A stretch of DNA of 64,000 nucleotides from Gemmatimonadales bacterium (GCA_041577295.1 JBFGJG010000001.1:32001-96000), one strand, 5' to 3'. Positions 28,188 to 38,946 are shown, counted from the stretch's first letter. Notes: generated by a model not told the origin, from the letters alone. Made by a program: numbers and translations.

Positions 28188-29572
28188 GCGTGCTCCTGGC
28201 TCGGGTCGATGAGGGTCTCGAGGCAGCTTGCCGCTCCCAGCATCTGGGACTCGGCGAACATCGGGGCAATGAGCTGTCCGCCGACGGGGAGGCCCTTGGA
28301 CCGGCCTAGCGGTACACTCACAGCCGGGAGGCCCGCGAGATTCGTCGGGCAGACGAAGACATCGGACAGATACATCGCCAGCGGATCGGCGAGCTTCTCC
28401 CCAGCCGGAAAGGCGGTGGTCGGGGTTGTGGGGGCGAAGAGGAGATCGACGCCGTCGGCAAACACCCGGCTGAAGTCGGCGGCGATCAAAGTGCGTGCAG
28501 CCTGGGCCTTCCCGTAGTAGGCATGGTAGTATCCGGCAGACAGGACGTAGGTACCGATGACGATGCGCCGGCGCACCTCCTCACCAACGCCGGCACCGCG
28601 CGTCGCCCGGTACATCGCGTGGACGTCCCCGTTGGGCGGTGCCACGCGAAGTCCGTATCGGACGCCGTCGAACCGTGCGAGGTTCGAGCTGGCTTCCGCC
28701 GGCGCGATGATGTAATACGTGGGAATGGCGAGGTGGGTGTGGGGTAACGTGACCTCGCGCACTGTTGCCCCGGCGCCCCGCATCTGGTCGAGTGCGTACG
28801 TGCACGCTCGCCGGATGCCCGCCTCGAGATTTTCGGGGAAGTACTCTCGCGGAACACCAACGGTCACCCCCGACAAATCGTTTGGGACACGTGCAGCCTC
28901 GACGGCCGCGCGATTTGCACACGTGGCGTCTTGTTTGTCCGGACCCGCAATGGTGGTGAGGACGCGAGTCGCGTGCTCAACGGAGCGTGCGAGTACTCCG
29001 ATCTGATCGAGCGAGCTGCCAAACGCCACGAGGCCGTAGCGAGACACCCGGCCATACGTGGGCTTGATGCCGACGACGCCGCAGAACGCGGCCGGCTGAC
29101 GCACCGATCCACCGGTTTCCGAGCCGAGGGCTGCATCTACCGCACCAGTCGCAACGAGGGCAGCCGAGCCACCCGACGATCCACCGGGCACGCGCGAGGC
29201 ATCTTCTGGGTGACGGGTTGGTCCAAACGCAGAGTGCTCGGTGGACGAGCCCATGGCGAACTCATCCAGATTGGTCTTGCACGCAATGAGCGCACCGGCC
29301 TGTTTCAGACGTGTGACCGCGGTCGCCTCCCACGAAGAGCGGTACTCGCGCAGAATGTTCGACCCGCACGTCGTCGGATATTCGAGCGTGCAGATGTTGT
29401 CCTTGACCGCCACGGTCATTCCGTAGAGCGCACCCGTCCCGCTGCGTCGGTCGAGTAACCGCGCCTGATCCACGAGCGTGTCCCGATCGAACGAGACCAC
29501 CGCGTTCAGCCCACGTTGCTCGCCGGCGGTGATGAGGTCGGCCGCTCGTTCGGCCGCGGCGATGACGCTCAC
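28184..29572 (-). CDS. gatA: Asp/Glu-tRNA amidotransferase subunit A
   Basis: Amidase signature PGGSSGGS, GSETGGSVRQPA, AEASSNLARFDGVRYG. Confidence 0.97.
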   Translation of the reverse strand: MSVIAAAERAADLITAGEQRGLNAVVSFDRDTLVDQARLLDRRSGTGALYGMTVAVKDNICTLEYPTTCGSNILREYRSSWEATAVTRLKQAGALIACKTNLDEFAMGSSTEHSAFGPTRHPEDASRVPGGSSGGSAALVATGAVDAALGSETGGSVRQPAAFCGVVGIKPTYGRVSRYGLVAFGSSLDQIGVLARSVEHATRVLTTIAGPDKQDATCANRAAVEAARVPNDLSGVTVGVPREYFPENLEAGIRRACTYALDQMRGAGATVREVTLPHTHLAIPTYYIIAPAEASSNLARFDGVRYGLRVAPPNGDVHAMYRATRGAGVGEEVRRRIVIGTYVLSAGYYHAYYGKAQAARTLIAADFSRVFADGVDLLFAPTTPTTAFPAGEKLADPLAMYLSDVFVCPTNLAGLPAVSVPLGRSKGLPVGGQLIAPMFAESQMLGAASCLETLIDPSQEHA

Positions 29573-29880
29573 TCCTGATCCATCGCCTCGAGTCGCGGAA
29601 CGACGTAGTACCCATCGCGCACGGCAGGAGCGCCGTCCCGCGGGTCGTGTGCGAGCTCCGGCGGTTGCACGACATCTGATCGTGGGGGTGCGAGGCTGGC
29701 CTCATCGAGCCAGACAGGCATCTGGCCACCGGTCTCCGGGAGGTCCACCGCCGCCAGCTGGGACACGTGGTCGAGAATGCGGGCAATTTGGGCTGTGAGC
29801 GAAGGAAGTGCGGCGGGATCGACGTCGAGCCGGGCCAGTCTCGCTATCCGCTCAATCTCATCGCGGCTGATGGGTTTCAC
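29569..29880 (-). CDS. gatC: Asp/Glu-tRNA amidotransferase subunit C
   Basis: ISRDEIERIARLARL...YYVVPR; lies upstream of gatA. Confidence 0.9.
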   Translation of the reverse strand: MKPISRDEIERIARLARLDVDPAALPSLTAQIARILDHVSQLAAVDLPETGGQMPVWLDEASLAPPRSDVVQPPELAHDPRDGAPAVRDGYYVVPRLEAMDQE

Positions 29881-32084
29881 GACGGCTCCCAGTCACGCTC
29901 TAAGCCGGCGTACGCCACCAGTAGCTGTTTCGTCCCCACCTCGTCGTCATCGAATGCTACGACCACTTTCAGACTGCGTCCGTGTCCATCGAGTGCGCGG
30001 ATGGTGCCGGCGCCAAACGCGCGGTGACGTACTCGTTCCCCCTTTACGTAGCGCGGCGCGTCTTGCGACTCCATGACGGGGGTCTCTTCCTCAACCGCCC
30101 AACCGAACGTTGGCCCTCGCGGGCGGTGGTAGTCGCCGCCGAAGACACCGCTGGTACGGCGCTCCTCGAGCGCGTGCACTGGGAGCGGTTCGAGAAACCG
30201 CGACGGTATTCCTGGTAGCAGCTGACCGCCGCGGCGCCGTGCGCGCGCCCAACTGACGTACACACGGTCTCGCGCACGGGTCAACGCCACATAGGCCAGC
30301 CGGCGCTCCTCCTCAGCGCCCTCGAGCGTATCGAGCGCACGGCTGAGGGGGAACAGGCCCTCCTCCATGCCCGCGAGCGCGACCACTGGCCACTCGAGCC
30401 CCTTGGCGGTGTGGACGGTCATCAGCGTGACACCCATCGCGCTCGTGTTCTGGCCGTCTCCCGCTTCCACCAGCGCGCTCGTCGCCAAGAACCGCTCGAG
30501 CGCCGACCCGGGCTCATCCTCATCGACTTCCTCTGACCACTCGGCCGCAGCGGCGACGAGTTCCCGGACGTTCTCCAGCCGTTCGAGTCCTTCCGGCCCA
30601 CCGGCTTGGAGGTACTGCTCGTATTCGATCGCAACGATGACTTCCTCCAGCAGGTCCGCGGGAACCGCTTGGTCGAGATCGCGCCGTAGCCGCTCGAACA
30701 GCGCTGCGAACTCCTCCAATTGGCGTTTGGCGTACGGGCGAAGCTCGGGAATCCGATCGGCGACAGCGGCCGTGGGCAGCAGCGGCTTGCTCCACTGCGC
30801 GGCTGCTTGCTGTAGCGTGCGCAGCGTCGCGAGACCGATTCCCCGCTTGGGAACCTGGACCGCGCGCAGGAATGCCTGATCATCGGCAGGGTTCACCACC
30901 AAGCGCAGATACGCGAGCAGATCTTTGACCTCACGGCGCTCGTAAAAGCCGACGGAGCCCACCACGCGATACGGGATGGACGATCGCCGGAAGGCTTCTT
31001 CGAAAGCCCGGGACTGCGCGTTGGTCCGGTAGAGCACCGCGACATCCTGGTAGCCCATTCCCTCCGAGGCAACACGGGTTCTGAACTCGCGGGCGAGCCA
31101 CTCGGCTTCGTCCCGCTCGTCCGCCGCCGTGACGACCACGATGGGGTCGCCACCGGTCCGGGTCGTGAACAGCGTCTTGCCCAGTCGTTGCTCGTTTTCT
31201 GCGATCACCGCGTTCGCCGCATCCAGGATGATCTGCGTCGAGCGATAATTCTCTTCCAGCCGAACGGTGACCACGTCGGGGAAATCGGACTCAAAGTCCA
31301 GCATGTTGCGTACGTCCGCGCCGCGCCAGCTGTAGATCGATTGATCGTCATCTCCGACAACGCAGATGTCACGATGTTTGGCAGCGAGCTGTCGCACGAG
31401 GAGATACTGCGCGCGGTTGGTGTCCTGGAACTCGTCGACGAGGACCGAATCGAAGCGACGCTGGTAGTGCTCCAATCGATCCGGGTGTTCGCGAAAGAGC
31501 CGGAGCGGGTGCAGCAAGAGGTCGTCGAAGTCCATTGCATTGGCGCGTTCCAGCGCCGATGTGAGACCGAAGTACACTTCCGCCGCCACGCGCGTGAATC
31601 GATCGTCGCCAGCCGCGGCCAACTCCTCAGGTGGCATCAACCGGTTCTTGGCCGCTGAGATGATCGATTGTATCTGCCGAGGAGGAAACGCGCGGGCGGC
31701 GTACCCACCTTGTTCCAGCAACCGCGTGATGAGGCGGAGGCGATCGTCCTCGTCATAGATCGTGAAGCCTGGAGTGAACCCGAGTCGTGGTGCTTCGCGG
31801 CGCAGCAACCGGGCGGCGAGCGAGTGAAACGTCCCAATCCACAGGCCCACCGGTTCGGCACCAAGGAGCTCTGCCACCCGGCGCTTCATTTCGCCAGCGG
31901 CGCGGTTCGTAAACGTGACCGCGAGGATGCGGCGGTGGTGCACGCCATGATGTTCGACGAGATAGGCGAGTCGGCGCGTGAGCACCGAGGTCTTTCCCGA
32001 GCCGGCGCCGGCCAAGACGAGCAAGGGCCCATCACGATACTCGACCGCGCGTCGTTGCGCCTCGTTCAAGCGAACGTGGGTCAT
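29877..32084 (-). CDS. uvrD: UvrD/PcrA family SF1 DNA helicase
   Basis: AGAGSGKT, VDEFQDTN, VGDDDQSIYSWRGA, LEENYRS, HTAKGLE, EEERRLAYVALTRA. Confidence 0.96.
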   Translation of the reverse strand: MTHVRLNEAQRRAVEYRDGPLLVLAGAGSGKTSVLTRRLAYLVEHHGVHHRRILAVTFTNRAAGEMKRRVAELLGAEPVGLWIGTFHSLAARLLRREAPRLGFTPGFTIYDEDDRLRLITRLLEQGGYAARAFPPRQIQSIISAAKNRLMPPEELAAAGDDRFTRVAAEVYFGLTSALERANAMDFDDLLLHPLRLFREHPDRLEHYQRRFDSVLVDEFQDTNRAQYLLVRQLAAKHRDICVVGDDDQSIYSWRGADVRNMLDFESDFPDVVTVRLEENYRSTQIILDAANAVIAENEQRLGKTLFTTRTGGDPIVVVTAADERDEAEWLAREFRTRVASEGMGYQDVAVLYRTNAQSRAFEEAFRRSSIPYRVVGSVGFYERREVKDLLAYLRLVVNPADDQAFLRAVQVPKRGIGLATLRTLQQAAAQWSKPLLPTAAVADRIPELRPYAKRQLEEFAALFERLRRDLDQAVPADLLEEVIVAIEYEQYLQAGGPEGLERLENVRELVAAAAEWSEEVDEDEPGSALERFLATSALVEAGDGQNTSAMGVTLMTVHTAKGLEWPVVALAGMEEGLFPLSRALDTLEGAEEERRLAYVALTRARDRVYVSWARARRRGGQLLPGIPSRFLEPLPVHALEERRTSGVFGGDYHRPRGPTFGWAVEEETPVMESQDAPRYVKGERVRHRAFGAGTIRALDGHGRSLKVVVAFDDDEVGTKQLLVAYAGLERDWEPS

Positions 32085-33265
32085 GCCTGCTCGGCTGGAA
32101 GCGGCTCGGCGGCCACGGGCAGCTGCGCCGTGAACACGGTCCCCTGCTCCGCGGAGCCGAGCTCCAGGCGACCACCATGCACGTCCTCGATGATGCGGCG
32201 CGCCAAGGCGAGACCGATGCCCCACCCACCGGGCTTAGTGGACACCCCGGGATCGAACAGGGTTGCGCGGACGGCTGGCGGGATTCCTGGACCATCATCA
32301 GCCACCGCGATGGTTGCATGATCTGCGTGACCGCGCACCGTGATGTCGATCTTGCCGCCCTGCCCACTCAACGCATCGAGGGCATTGCGCACGAGTGCCT
32401 CGATCGCCCATTCGATGAGCACAGGGTCACCGTCGATCATCGGCCCGGCCTCCGGAGCGTTGACCGTGAGGACGACCGGGTGAGCGTGCCGGGGCAGCCT
32501 GGGCTGGAAGTATACCGCGACCCGCTCGGTCAGCGCGCCGAGACCCACTTGCGATCGGCGGGCCGGGCGCCCGATGCGTTCGAACCGTTGCGCGACGCGC
32601 TGTAGTCGCTCGAGATCGGCTTCGAGATGCTTTGCAATGGTGGCCGGATCGGTTGCCCCACCGGTGAGCCGCTCGACCCACGCGGAGGCGCTCATCAGGG
32701 GTGTGCCCAGCTGGTGCGCTGATTCACGTGCCATGGCAACCCACAAGAGATCTCGTTGCCGCCGAACCGTGGCACCGTACGCCCACACACCGATGGCAAC
32801 CGCGGTGAGCAGGATTCCCAGCTGCAACAACCCAAACCAGCTGAGACGCCGCTGCACGGGCAGGTTGCCGTAGTGAATCTGGCCGGCCCCCGGAATGATG
32901 ATGGGTGGATTGGTTCGATCGAGCCGCTGTACATACTCGCGCAATGCCGGGTCTTCGAGTGTGGTTTCGAACGCGAGATTGACCGCTGCGGTAGGGGTTC
33001 CGTCTTGGTCGGTGACCACCATCGGGAGCCCGGTTGCTGTGATCTCTTGAACCAACTCCAGCAAGGCCTCGTCCGCGGCGGTGGGACGTGCGTCGGCAAG
33101 GGCGGCCGTGATGCGACCGTAGATTTGTGACGTTTCCCGTGCTTCCCGCCGCAGATATGTCGCAATGTCCCATACCTGCCAGAACGAGACCCCAGCAAAG
33201 ATCATGACGAGCGCGAGGACGAGCTGAGGACCCGCTTGCTTGAGCTTCCGACCAAGCTTACGCAC
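32081..33265 (-). CDS. Membrane sensor histidine kinase (no cognate regulator in window)
   Basis: Two TMs; H-box ESAHQLGTPL, N-box RNALDA, G1 DDGPG, G2 GWGIGL. Confidence 0.92.
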   Translation of the reverse strand: MRKLGRKLKQAGPQLVLALVMIFAGVSFWQVWDIATYLRREARETSQIYGRITAALADARPTAADEALLELVQEITATGLPMVVTDQDGTPTAAVNLAFETTLEDPALREYVQRLDRTNPPIIIPGAGQIHYGNLPVQRRLSWFGLLQLGILLTAVAIGVWAYGATVRRQRDLLWVAMARESAHQLGTPLMSASAWVERLTGGATDPATIAKHLEADLERLQRVAQRFERIGRPARRSQVGLGALTERVAVYFQPRLPRHAHPVVLTVNAPEAGPMIDGDPVLIEWAIEALVRNALDALSGQGGKIDITVRGHADHATIAVADDGPGIPPAVRATLFDPGVSTKPGGWGIGLALARRIIEDVHGGRLELGSAEQGTVFTAQLPVAAEPLPAEQA

Positions 33266-34541
33266 CGGAACCCTGGGTCAGGCACTCCATGCCCAGGTAA
33301 GGAACCAAAGCCTCTGGCACGCGAATCGTACCGTCCGCCTGCTGGTTGTTCTCAAGCAATGCAATGACCGTCCGTGGGAGTGCGACGCCCGATGCATTGA
33401 GTGTATGCACGTATTCTGGCTTGGCACCGGGCTCCGGTCGGTACCGAATGTTTGCACGCCGTGCCTGAAAATCTGTGAACGTGCTCGCGCTCGATGCCTC
33501 GAGCCACTGCTCGACGCCCGCCGCCCAGACTTCGAGGTCGTACGTCTTGGCGCTTGCAAAGCCGAGATCGCCGCTGGCGAGCACGACCACGCGGTACGGG
33601 ATCTCGAGTCGTTGAAGGATCGCTTCGGCATGGGCGAGCATCTTCTCGAGCTCCACGGGCGACTCGTCCGGCGCGCTGAAGCGAACGAGCTCGACCTTGT
33701 CAAACTGATGCACCCGAATCAGGCCCCGGGTATCCTTGCCCGCCGCACCAGCCTCGCGGCGAAAGCATGGTGTGTACGCGACGTACGCGATGGGCAGATC
33801 GGCAGCGGCCAGCACTTCTTCGCGATGGATGTTGGTGACGGGGACCTCCGCGGTGGGGATGAGCAAGAGGCCGTCCGTCGTGGCGTACATGTCGTCGGCA
33901 AACAGCGGCATCTGTCCAGTGCCCTCGGCGACTAGCTCGGTCACGAGAAAGGGCGGCGCGACCTCGACGTAGCCGTGCTCTTTGGTGTGGACATCGATCA
34001 TGAAGTTGATCAGCGCCCGGACCAGACGCGCTCCCGCCCCGCGAAACAGCGGGAAACCGCTCCCAGCGAGCTTTGCGCCCGCGGGCAAATCCAAAAGGTC
34101 CAGCTCCGCACCCAGCGTCCAGTGGGGTCGGGGGGTGAAATCAAACGCTGGCTGCTTGCCCCAGTGCCGCACCACCTTATTGGCCGTGCTGTCGCCATCG
34201 GGGATGTCGGACCGAGGGATGTTCGGGAGACGCAGCAGGCCGTCGCGCAGCCCAGCCTCCACCTCGCGCAGATCCTGATCGAGCTGCTTGATAGCGTCGC
34301 TCAGCGTCTTGAGCTCTGCAATGAGCGCCGCAGCGTCCCGACCGTCGCGCTTCAGCCGTGCTACCTCCTCGGAGGCTCGGTTCCGCGTCGCCTTTTGACG
34401 CTCGACGTCTTGCAGAATCTCGCGGCGTTGTCGGTCGAGTTGCAGCAGGCGGTCGAGCGCAGCGACATGATCTGAGCTCCGTCGCGCGAGGGCCGCGCGC
34501 ATCTCATCCGGTGCCTCGCGCAACAGCCGTATGTCGATCAC
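33258..34541 (-). CDS. serS: Serine--tRNA ligase
   Basis: IPTAEVP, FRREAG, IRVHQFDKVE, TYDLEVW, HTLNASG. Confidence 0.97.
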   Translation of the reverse strand: MIDIRLLREAPDEMRAALARRSSDHVAALDRLLQLDRQRREILQDVERQKATRNRASEEVARLKRDGRDAAALIAELKTLSDAIKQLDQDLREVEAGLRDGLLRLPNIPRSDIPDGDSTANKVVRHWGKQPAFDFTPRPHWTLGAELDLLDLPAGAKLAGSGFPLFRGAGARLVRALINFMIDVHTKEHGYVEVAPPFLVTELVAEGTGQMPLFADDMYATTDGLLLIPTAEVPVTNIHREEVLAAADLPIAYVAYTPCFRREAGAAGKDTRGLIRVHQFDKVELVRFSAPDESPVELEKMLAHAEAILQRLEIPYRVVVLASGDLGFASAKTYDLEVWAAGVEQWLEASSASTFTDFQARRANIRYRPEPGAKPEYVHTLNASGVALPRTVIALLENNQQADGTIRVPEALVPYLGMECLTQGSGA

Positions 34542-34544
34542 GGA

Positions 34545-35126
34545 CTAATTCGTGGGAAGGCCGGGTTGCAGGCCCCGGAACCCGCAATTGACGTTGACGA
34601 TGTGCTCGAACGTCACCGACCGGAGGCCCTGATCGACGGCGATCACCCGAAACTTCCCAAACCGCGGCAAGCTACCGAGGAATCCGCAAAACTGACTGGA
34701 AACGCGAGAGCGACCGAGAAAGACCAGGCCGGGACGCAGCACGATGGCGCTATCGAGCTGATATCCATCGAGTGGCGCTCGGTTGATATTCCCAAACGCG
34801 TCTGACGTGAGCTGCAGCGCTGCCTGATTCAGGACGCCAAGAGCCGATGCCGGATAGAGGAGCGGTCGACTGGAGGCATCGATATCGAAGGCCACGTCGA
34901 AGGGCTCGCCGAGTTCCGTGCGGCTCCTGAGCCTGCTCACTATGTCAAAACCGCTGGGCGCGTCGATCGAGGTTCCCTGAAGGGCGAACAGCGTGGTCGT
35001 ATCGTGCTGGTTTTCGAACGCCGCCGGAGGAAGACCGAGCGAGTCTCCACACGCCGCGAAGGCCACGATGACGAGGGCCGCCCCGAGAGCAGCCAACCGA
35101 AAGTGAGAAAAGGACATAGACAGCAT
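34545..35126 (-). CDS. Hypothetical lipoprotein
   Basis: Lipobox FAAC after a hydrophobic stretch; paired Cys near the C-terminus; start uncertain. Confidence 0.6.
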   Translation of the reverse strand: MLSMSFSHFRLAALGAALVIVAFAACGDSLGLPPAAFENQHDTTTLFALQGTSIDAPSGFDIVSRLRSRTELGEPFDVAFDIDASSRPLLYPASALGVLNQAALQLTSDAFGNINRAPLDGYQLDSAIVLRPGLVFLGRSRVSSQFCGFLGSLPRFGKFRVIAVDQGLRSVTFEHIVNVNCGFRGLQPGLPTN

Positions 35127-35218
35127 GGTAAGTGGCAGAAGATTAGCCCAGGCCCCACGAGGGGTCAAGCGGGTGGCTCGGCTTGACTTCGCACAGGGTC
35201 ACTCCTAGCTTGGCGCCG

Positions 35219-35572
35219 ATGCCAACGATCCGCGATGTCGTACGAGCATTAGGCAGCCGGGCCGGCGTAGATGCGGTTGTCGTCGCCGGCCGTGATGGGC
35301 TTACGATCGACGCGCATACGCGCAACGGTCTCGACATCGATGGGTTGGCGGCCTTGGTTCCCGCCGTCGCTGAAGCGTGTCGCCAGCTCGGTGACGCAGC
35401 TGAGCGCGGAGGGTTTGGCACCGGCGTCGTAGAGTTCGACGGCGGCCTGGTCTTGATCGCGGAGCTGAACGCCGAGGCGCTCCTGGCCGTCTTCTTTCGT
35501 CCCGACACTAATATCGGCACGCTGCTGTACGAGCTTCGTCGCCATCGCGTAGCCATCGCACGCCTCCTCTAA
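35219..35572 (+). CDS. Roadblock/LC7 (MglB-like) protein
   Basis: GVDAVVVAGRDGLTI...NIGTLLYELRR; 117 aa. Confidence 0.85.
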   Translation: MPTIRDVVRALGSRAGVDAVVVAGRDGLTIDAHTRNGLDIDGLAALVPAVAEACRQLGDAAERGGFGTGVVEFDGGLVLIAELNAEALLAVFFRPDTNIGTLLYELRRHRVAIARLL

Positions 35573-35687
35573 CGGCCCCCTCTCACACGTTCAAACCCTT
35601 GCTACGACCTCGCCCCCCTCTGTGCAGGAACTCGAATGGGGAGGGTGACCTCTTTTCCCCGACGCGATTGACCCCGCGAGGCACGCG

Positions 35688-36725
35688 ATGAGCCGATGGG
35701 CCGCGGTGCTGGCGGGTGGGTCGGGCACGCGGTTCTGGCCACTCTCGACTGCGGCCCGACCAAAACAGCTGCTCACACTGTCCGGCTCGGAGCCGTTGCT
35801 CGTTGCTGCTGTTCGCCGTCTTGGCGGGCTCGTTCCGCCGGAGCGTGTATTAATACTCACCTCGACGGCGTTGTGTGATCGTGTGCGGACCTTGTTGCCG
35901 GAGGTGCCACCCGAGCACGTCCTCGCGGAGCCACGCGCTGCCTCAACCGCGCCGGCCCTAACCTGGGCAACATGGTTGGCGTATCAGCAAGACCCCGACG
36001 CTTCCCTCCTGTCGTTGCACGCGGATTGGCACGTGGGCGACCCGGAAGCCTTTCGAAAAACTGGAGCGCGTGCATTGGATGTCGCGGAGCGTCATGATGT
36101 ACTCGTGACGGTTGGAATCGTTCCGACCCGCCCGGAGGTGGGCTACGGCTACATTCAGCCGGGCGAACCACTGGAAGACGACGCCCGCCAGGTAGAGCGC
36201 TTTGTCGAGAAGCCGGATCTCGCTGGAGCGCGCCGCCTGATCGAGCGAGGTGCGTTGTGGAACAGCGGGCTCTTCGCGTGGCGGTGCGACCGTTTCCTGG
36301 TCGAGACTCGCGAGGTAGCTCGTGAGATCGCCGCGGCGTTGCCCCACCTCGAACGCGGTGATGTCGTGGAGTTCTTTGTCAAAGTGACGCCCATCGCCGT
36401 CGACGTATCTCATTTCGAACGGAGCCGGCGTGTCGCGGTGCTACCGGGACGCTTTGCGTGGGACGATGTGGGAACGTGGGCAGCGCTCGCCCGTGTCCGG
36501 GAGACCGACGACGCGGGAAATGTCCTCGTGGGCAACGCGCTGCAACACGAAAGCCGTGACTGCGTGGTTTGGGCTGAGGACAACACCGTCGTCGTCGACG
36601 GTGTCGACAACTTGGTTGTTGTTCACGCGAACGGGGTCACGCTCGTTACGACTCGAGACCGCGCTATGCATCTCAAGGAACTACTCGCCACCCTTCCACC
36701 ATCGCTGCGAAACCTGACCTCATGA
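35688..36725 (+). CDS. manC: Mannose-1-phosphate guanylyltransferase
   Basis: LAGGSGTRFWPLS..RPKQLL, GYGYI, FVEKP, WNSGLF, WDDVGTW. Confidence 0.9.
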   Translation: MSRWAAVLAGGSGTRFWPLSTAARPKQLLTLSGSEPLLVAAVRRLGGLVPPERVLILTSTALCDRVRTLLPEVPPEHVLAEPRAASTAPALTWATWLAYQQDPDASLLSLHADWHVGDPEAFRKTGARALDVAERHDVLVTVGIVPTRPEVGYGYIQPGEPLEDDARQVERFVEKPDLAGARRLIERGALWNSGLFAWRCDRFLVETREVAREIAAALPHLERGDVVEFFVKVTPIAVDVSHFERSRRVAVLPGRFAWDDVGTWAALARVRETDDAGNVLVGNALQHESRDCVVWAEDNTVVVDGVDNLVVVHANGVTLVTTRDRAMHLKELLATLPPSLRNLTS

Positions 36726-37891
36726 CGGACCTGTACCTGCTCGATCCGCCGCTGTCGGCGTGGTGGTATCCCTTTGCCGACTGCCGCCCCGTGGCGGAGC
36801 TGCGCGCGGGAGCATGGCGGATTCGGGAGCGGTGGGAGGCGATCGCGAACGGTGAGACACGGGGCGTCTTCGGTGCGCCACACCTCCATGCGTTTGTCGA
36901 AGACGAAGTGCCACCGGTCACCGGTCGGACGTCGGTCCAGGGCGAGGCCATCATCGGGCGCTCGACCTTCGCACCGTCGGGTGTAGCTCCCGAGCTGCCA
37001 AAAGGCCCGGCGAGGCTCGTGAACGATGAGGAGACGGTGGGCTGGTGGGTGCCTGCCGGTACCGAGTGGAGCGGTGATCACCCCGAATGGGACGAGGTGG
37101 AGGTGGAGGGTATGACGCTGCACGGGGCGTTCGACTTGATCACCGCGTTGGAGCACTTTCTCGTTGTCGACGTCGCCGACTTCACGCACGAACGCGGTGA
37201 CGCGATCCCCGATGACAGCATCGTGATTGGCGACCCCGTTGATATCGTCATTCTCGGTGGGACCGTCGAACCGGGTGTCACCTTTGACACCAGTCGAGGT
37301 GCCATCGTGATCGAGCAGCACGCCTATGTGCGGTCCGGGACACGCCTGGAGGGACCAGTCTACGTCGGTGCGGGCACCGAGATTCTCGGCGGCCAGGTGA
37401 CCGCGTGTACCATCGGACCGCGCTGCAAGGTTCGGGGAGAGATGTTGGCAACAGTGGTACTCGGTTACGCGAACAAGGCGCACGACGGATTCATCGGACA
37501 CTCTGTCCTCGGCCGGTGGGTGAACCTCGGCGCTGGAACGGTGACCTCGAATCTCAAGAACACCTACGGTTCGGTGCGGATCGTGGTTGGCGAAGAACGG
37601 ATGGAAACCGGGCGGCAGAATCTGGGCACCTTGTTTGGCGATCACGCCAAGACAGCGATTGGAACCATGTTGGAGACGGGGACGCTGGTTGGCACCGGCG
37701 CCAATGTGTTTGGCGACGTGCGACCGCCGAAGTACGTGCCTCCCTTCGCCTGGGGGAGTACGGGAGAGCGCATGCAGCGTGAAGGATTTCTGACCGTAGC
37801 GACCCGTGTGATGCCACGCCGACAGGTTGAGATGACGGACGAGGTGCGGACGGGACTTGCCATGATCTACGACCACGCCACCGGCTCATGA
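36722..37891 (+). CDS. GlmU-related sugar nucleotidyltransferase with left-handed beta-helix
   Basis: RPVAELRAG N-domain; NKAHDGFIGHSVLGRWVNLGAGT.SNLKN hexapeptide region. Confidence 0.85.
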   Translation: MTDLYLLDPPLSAWWYPFADCRPVAELRAGAWRIRERWEAIANGETRGVFGAPHLHAFVEDEVPPVTGRTSVQGEAIIGRSTFAPSGVAPELPKGPARLVNDEETVGWWVPAGTEWSGDHPEWDEVEVEGMTLHGAFDLITALEHFLVVDVADFTHERGDAIPDDSIVIGDPVDIVILGGTVEPGVTFDTSRGAIVIEQHAYVRSGTRLEGPVYVGAGTEILGGQVTACTIGPRCKVRGEMLATVVLGYANKAHDGFIGHSVLGRWVNLGAGTVTSNLKNTYGSVRIVVGEERMETGRQNLGTLFGDHAKTAIGTMLETGTLVGTGANVFGDVRPPKYVPPFAWGSTGERMQREGFLTVATRVMPRRQVEMTDEVRTGLAMIYDHATGS

Positions 37892-38688
37892 GGGTCACCG
37901 TACTCGGGTCCGGCAGCCGCGGGAATGCGATTGCGCTCGTCCGCGACGATGCGACGCTGTTGGTGGACGCCGGATTCGGGGTTCGCGCACTCAAGCAACG
38001 GTCGCGGATGGCCGGGGTGTCGCTGGCGGGGCTCGTTGGGATCGTCGTCACGCACGAGCACGGTGATCATGCGCGGGGCGTGCCAGGGACCGCGCGGCGA
38101 CACGGGTGCCCGGTGTTCGGCTCGCTCGGGACCCTCCGTGCGCTCGGCGCTCGGCTGACCGATGTACCCACCCAAACGTTAGGTGATACGGCGAAGGTCA
38201 ATATCGGCCCGTTTCGCGTCCGGGTCTGTCGAACTGATCACGACGCGGCCGAACCCGTGTGTGTCACGGTGGAAGGGCTTGGGTCGCCGGTGAAGGTCGG
38301 CGTTGCGTACGATCTGGGTCGCGCGACCGCCGGGGTGCTGCGGTTGCTGCGCGGCTGCACGTGCTTGATCGTCGAGGCCAATCACGACGACCAACTGCTG
38401 CGAGTGGGGCCGTATCCACCGTCGGTGCGGAGCCGGATTGCGAGCGCCGGCGGACACCTTTCGAATGCGGCCACTGGTCGCCTCCTCGCCGAGCTCCTCC
38501 ACCCGGGTCTCAGCACGATCGTACTGGCCCACCTCAGCGATCAATGCAACGATCCCGAGGTCGCCGTTCGCACCGTGCGGCGCGCACTCGGCGCACGCCG
38601 GTTTCACGGTCGTTTGTTGGTCGCCAAACAAGACACCCCACTCGCGGTGCACGATGGGGTGGTGACGCAGTTGGGCTTGGCCTTGTAA
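37888..38688 (+). CDS. MBL-fold metallo-hydrolase (YycJ/PhnP-like)
   Basis: LGSGSRGN, THEHGDH, EANHD, GHLSN, LAHLS. Confidence 0.9.
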   Translation: MRVTVLGSGSRGNAIALVRDDATLLVDAGFGVRALKQRSRMAGVSLAGLVGIVVTHEHGDHARGVPGTARRHGCPVFGSLGTLRALGARLTDVPTQTLGDTAKVNIGPFRVRVCRTDHDAAEPVCVTVEGLGSPVKVGVAYDLGRATAGVLRLLRGCTCLIVEANHDDQLLRVGPYPPSVRSRIASAGGHLSNAATGRLLAELLHPGLSTIVLAHLSDQCNDPEVAVRTVRRALGARRFHGRLLVAKQDTPLAVHDGVVTQLGLAL

Positions 38689-38826
38689 GGGTCACAGACC
38701 GCCTGACAACACAAAGCCATCGATCTCCGGTAGTTGTGGCGTGCGCGGTAGCGCCCGCACGATCCTGCTTCGTGCGTCCTGCCTGAAACACCAAAGGTCA
38801 ACGGTGTTACACCAGCTGATGAATCC

Positions 38827-38855
38827 CTCTTCACCATTCCTTTAGCCTCCCTTAG
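38827..38855 (+). promoter_or_regulatory. Putative operator: three 11-bp-spaced CTTnn direct repeats
   Basis: CTTCA(38829)/CTTTA(38840)/CTTAG(38851); 21 of 28 positions match the motif at 47246. Confidence 0.55.
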
Positions 38856-38946
38856 AGGGTGTGGGCCGATTAAATGGACCGGCACCGAACCCGCCAGTTC
38901 GCAATAACAACAACGGCGTGAGTCACCGTCACGGAGGGCGCATCGC

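Noticed and set aside
38879..38895. Sigma54-like GG-N10-GC upstream of the cytochrome locus
   Set aside because: It lacks the TG before GG and the TT before GC; such matches are common in GC-rich DNA.
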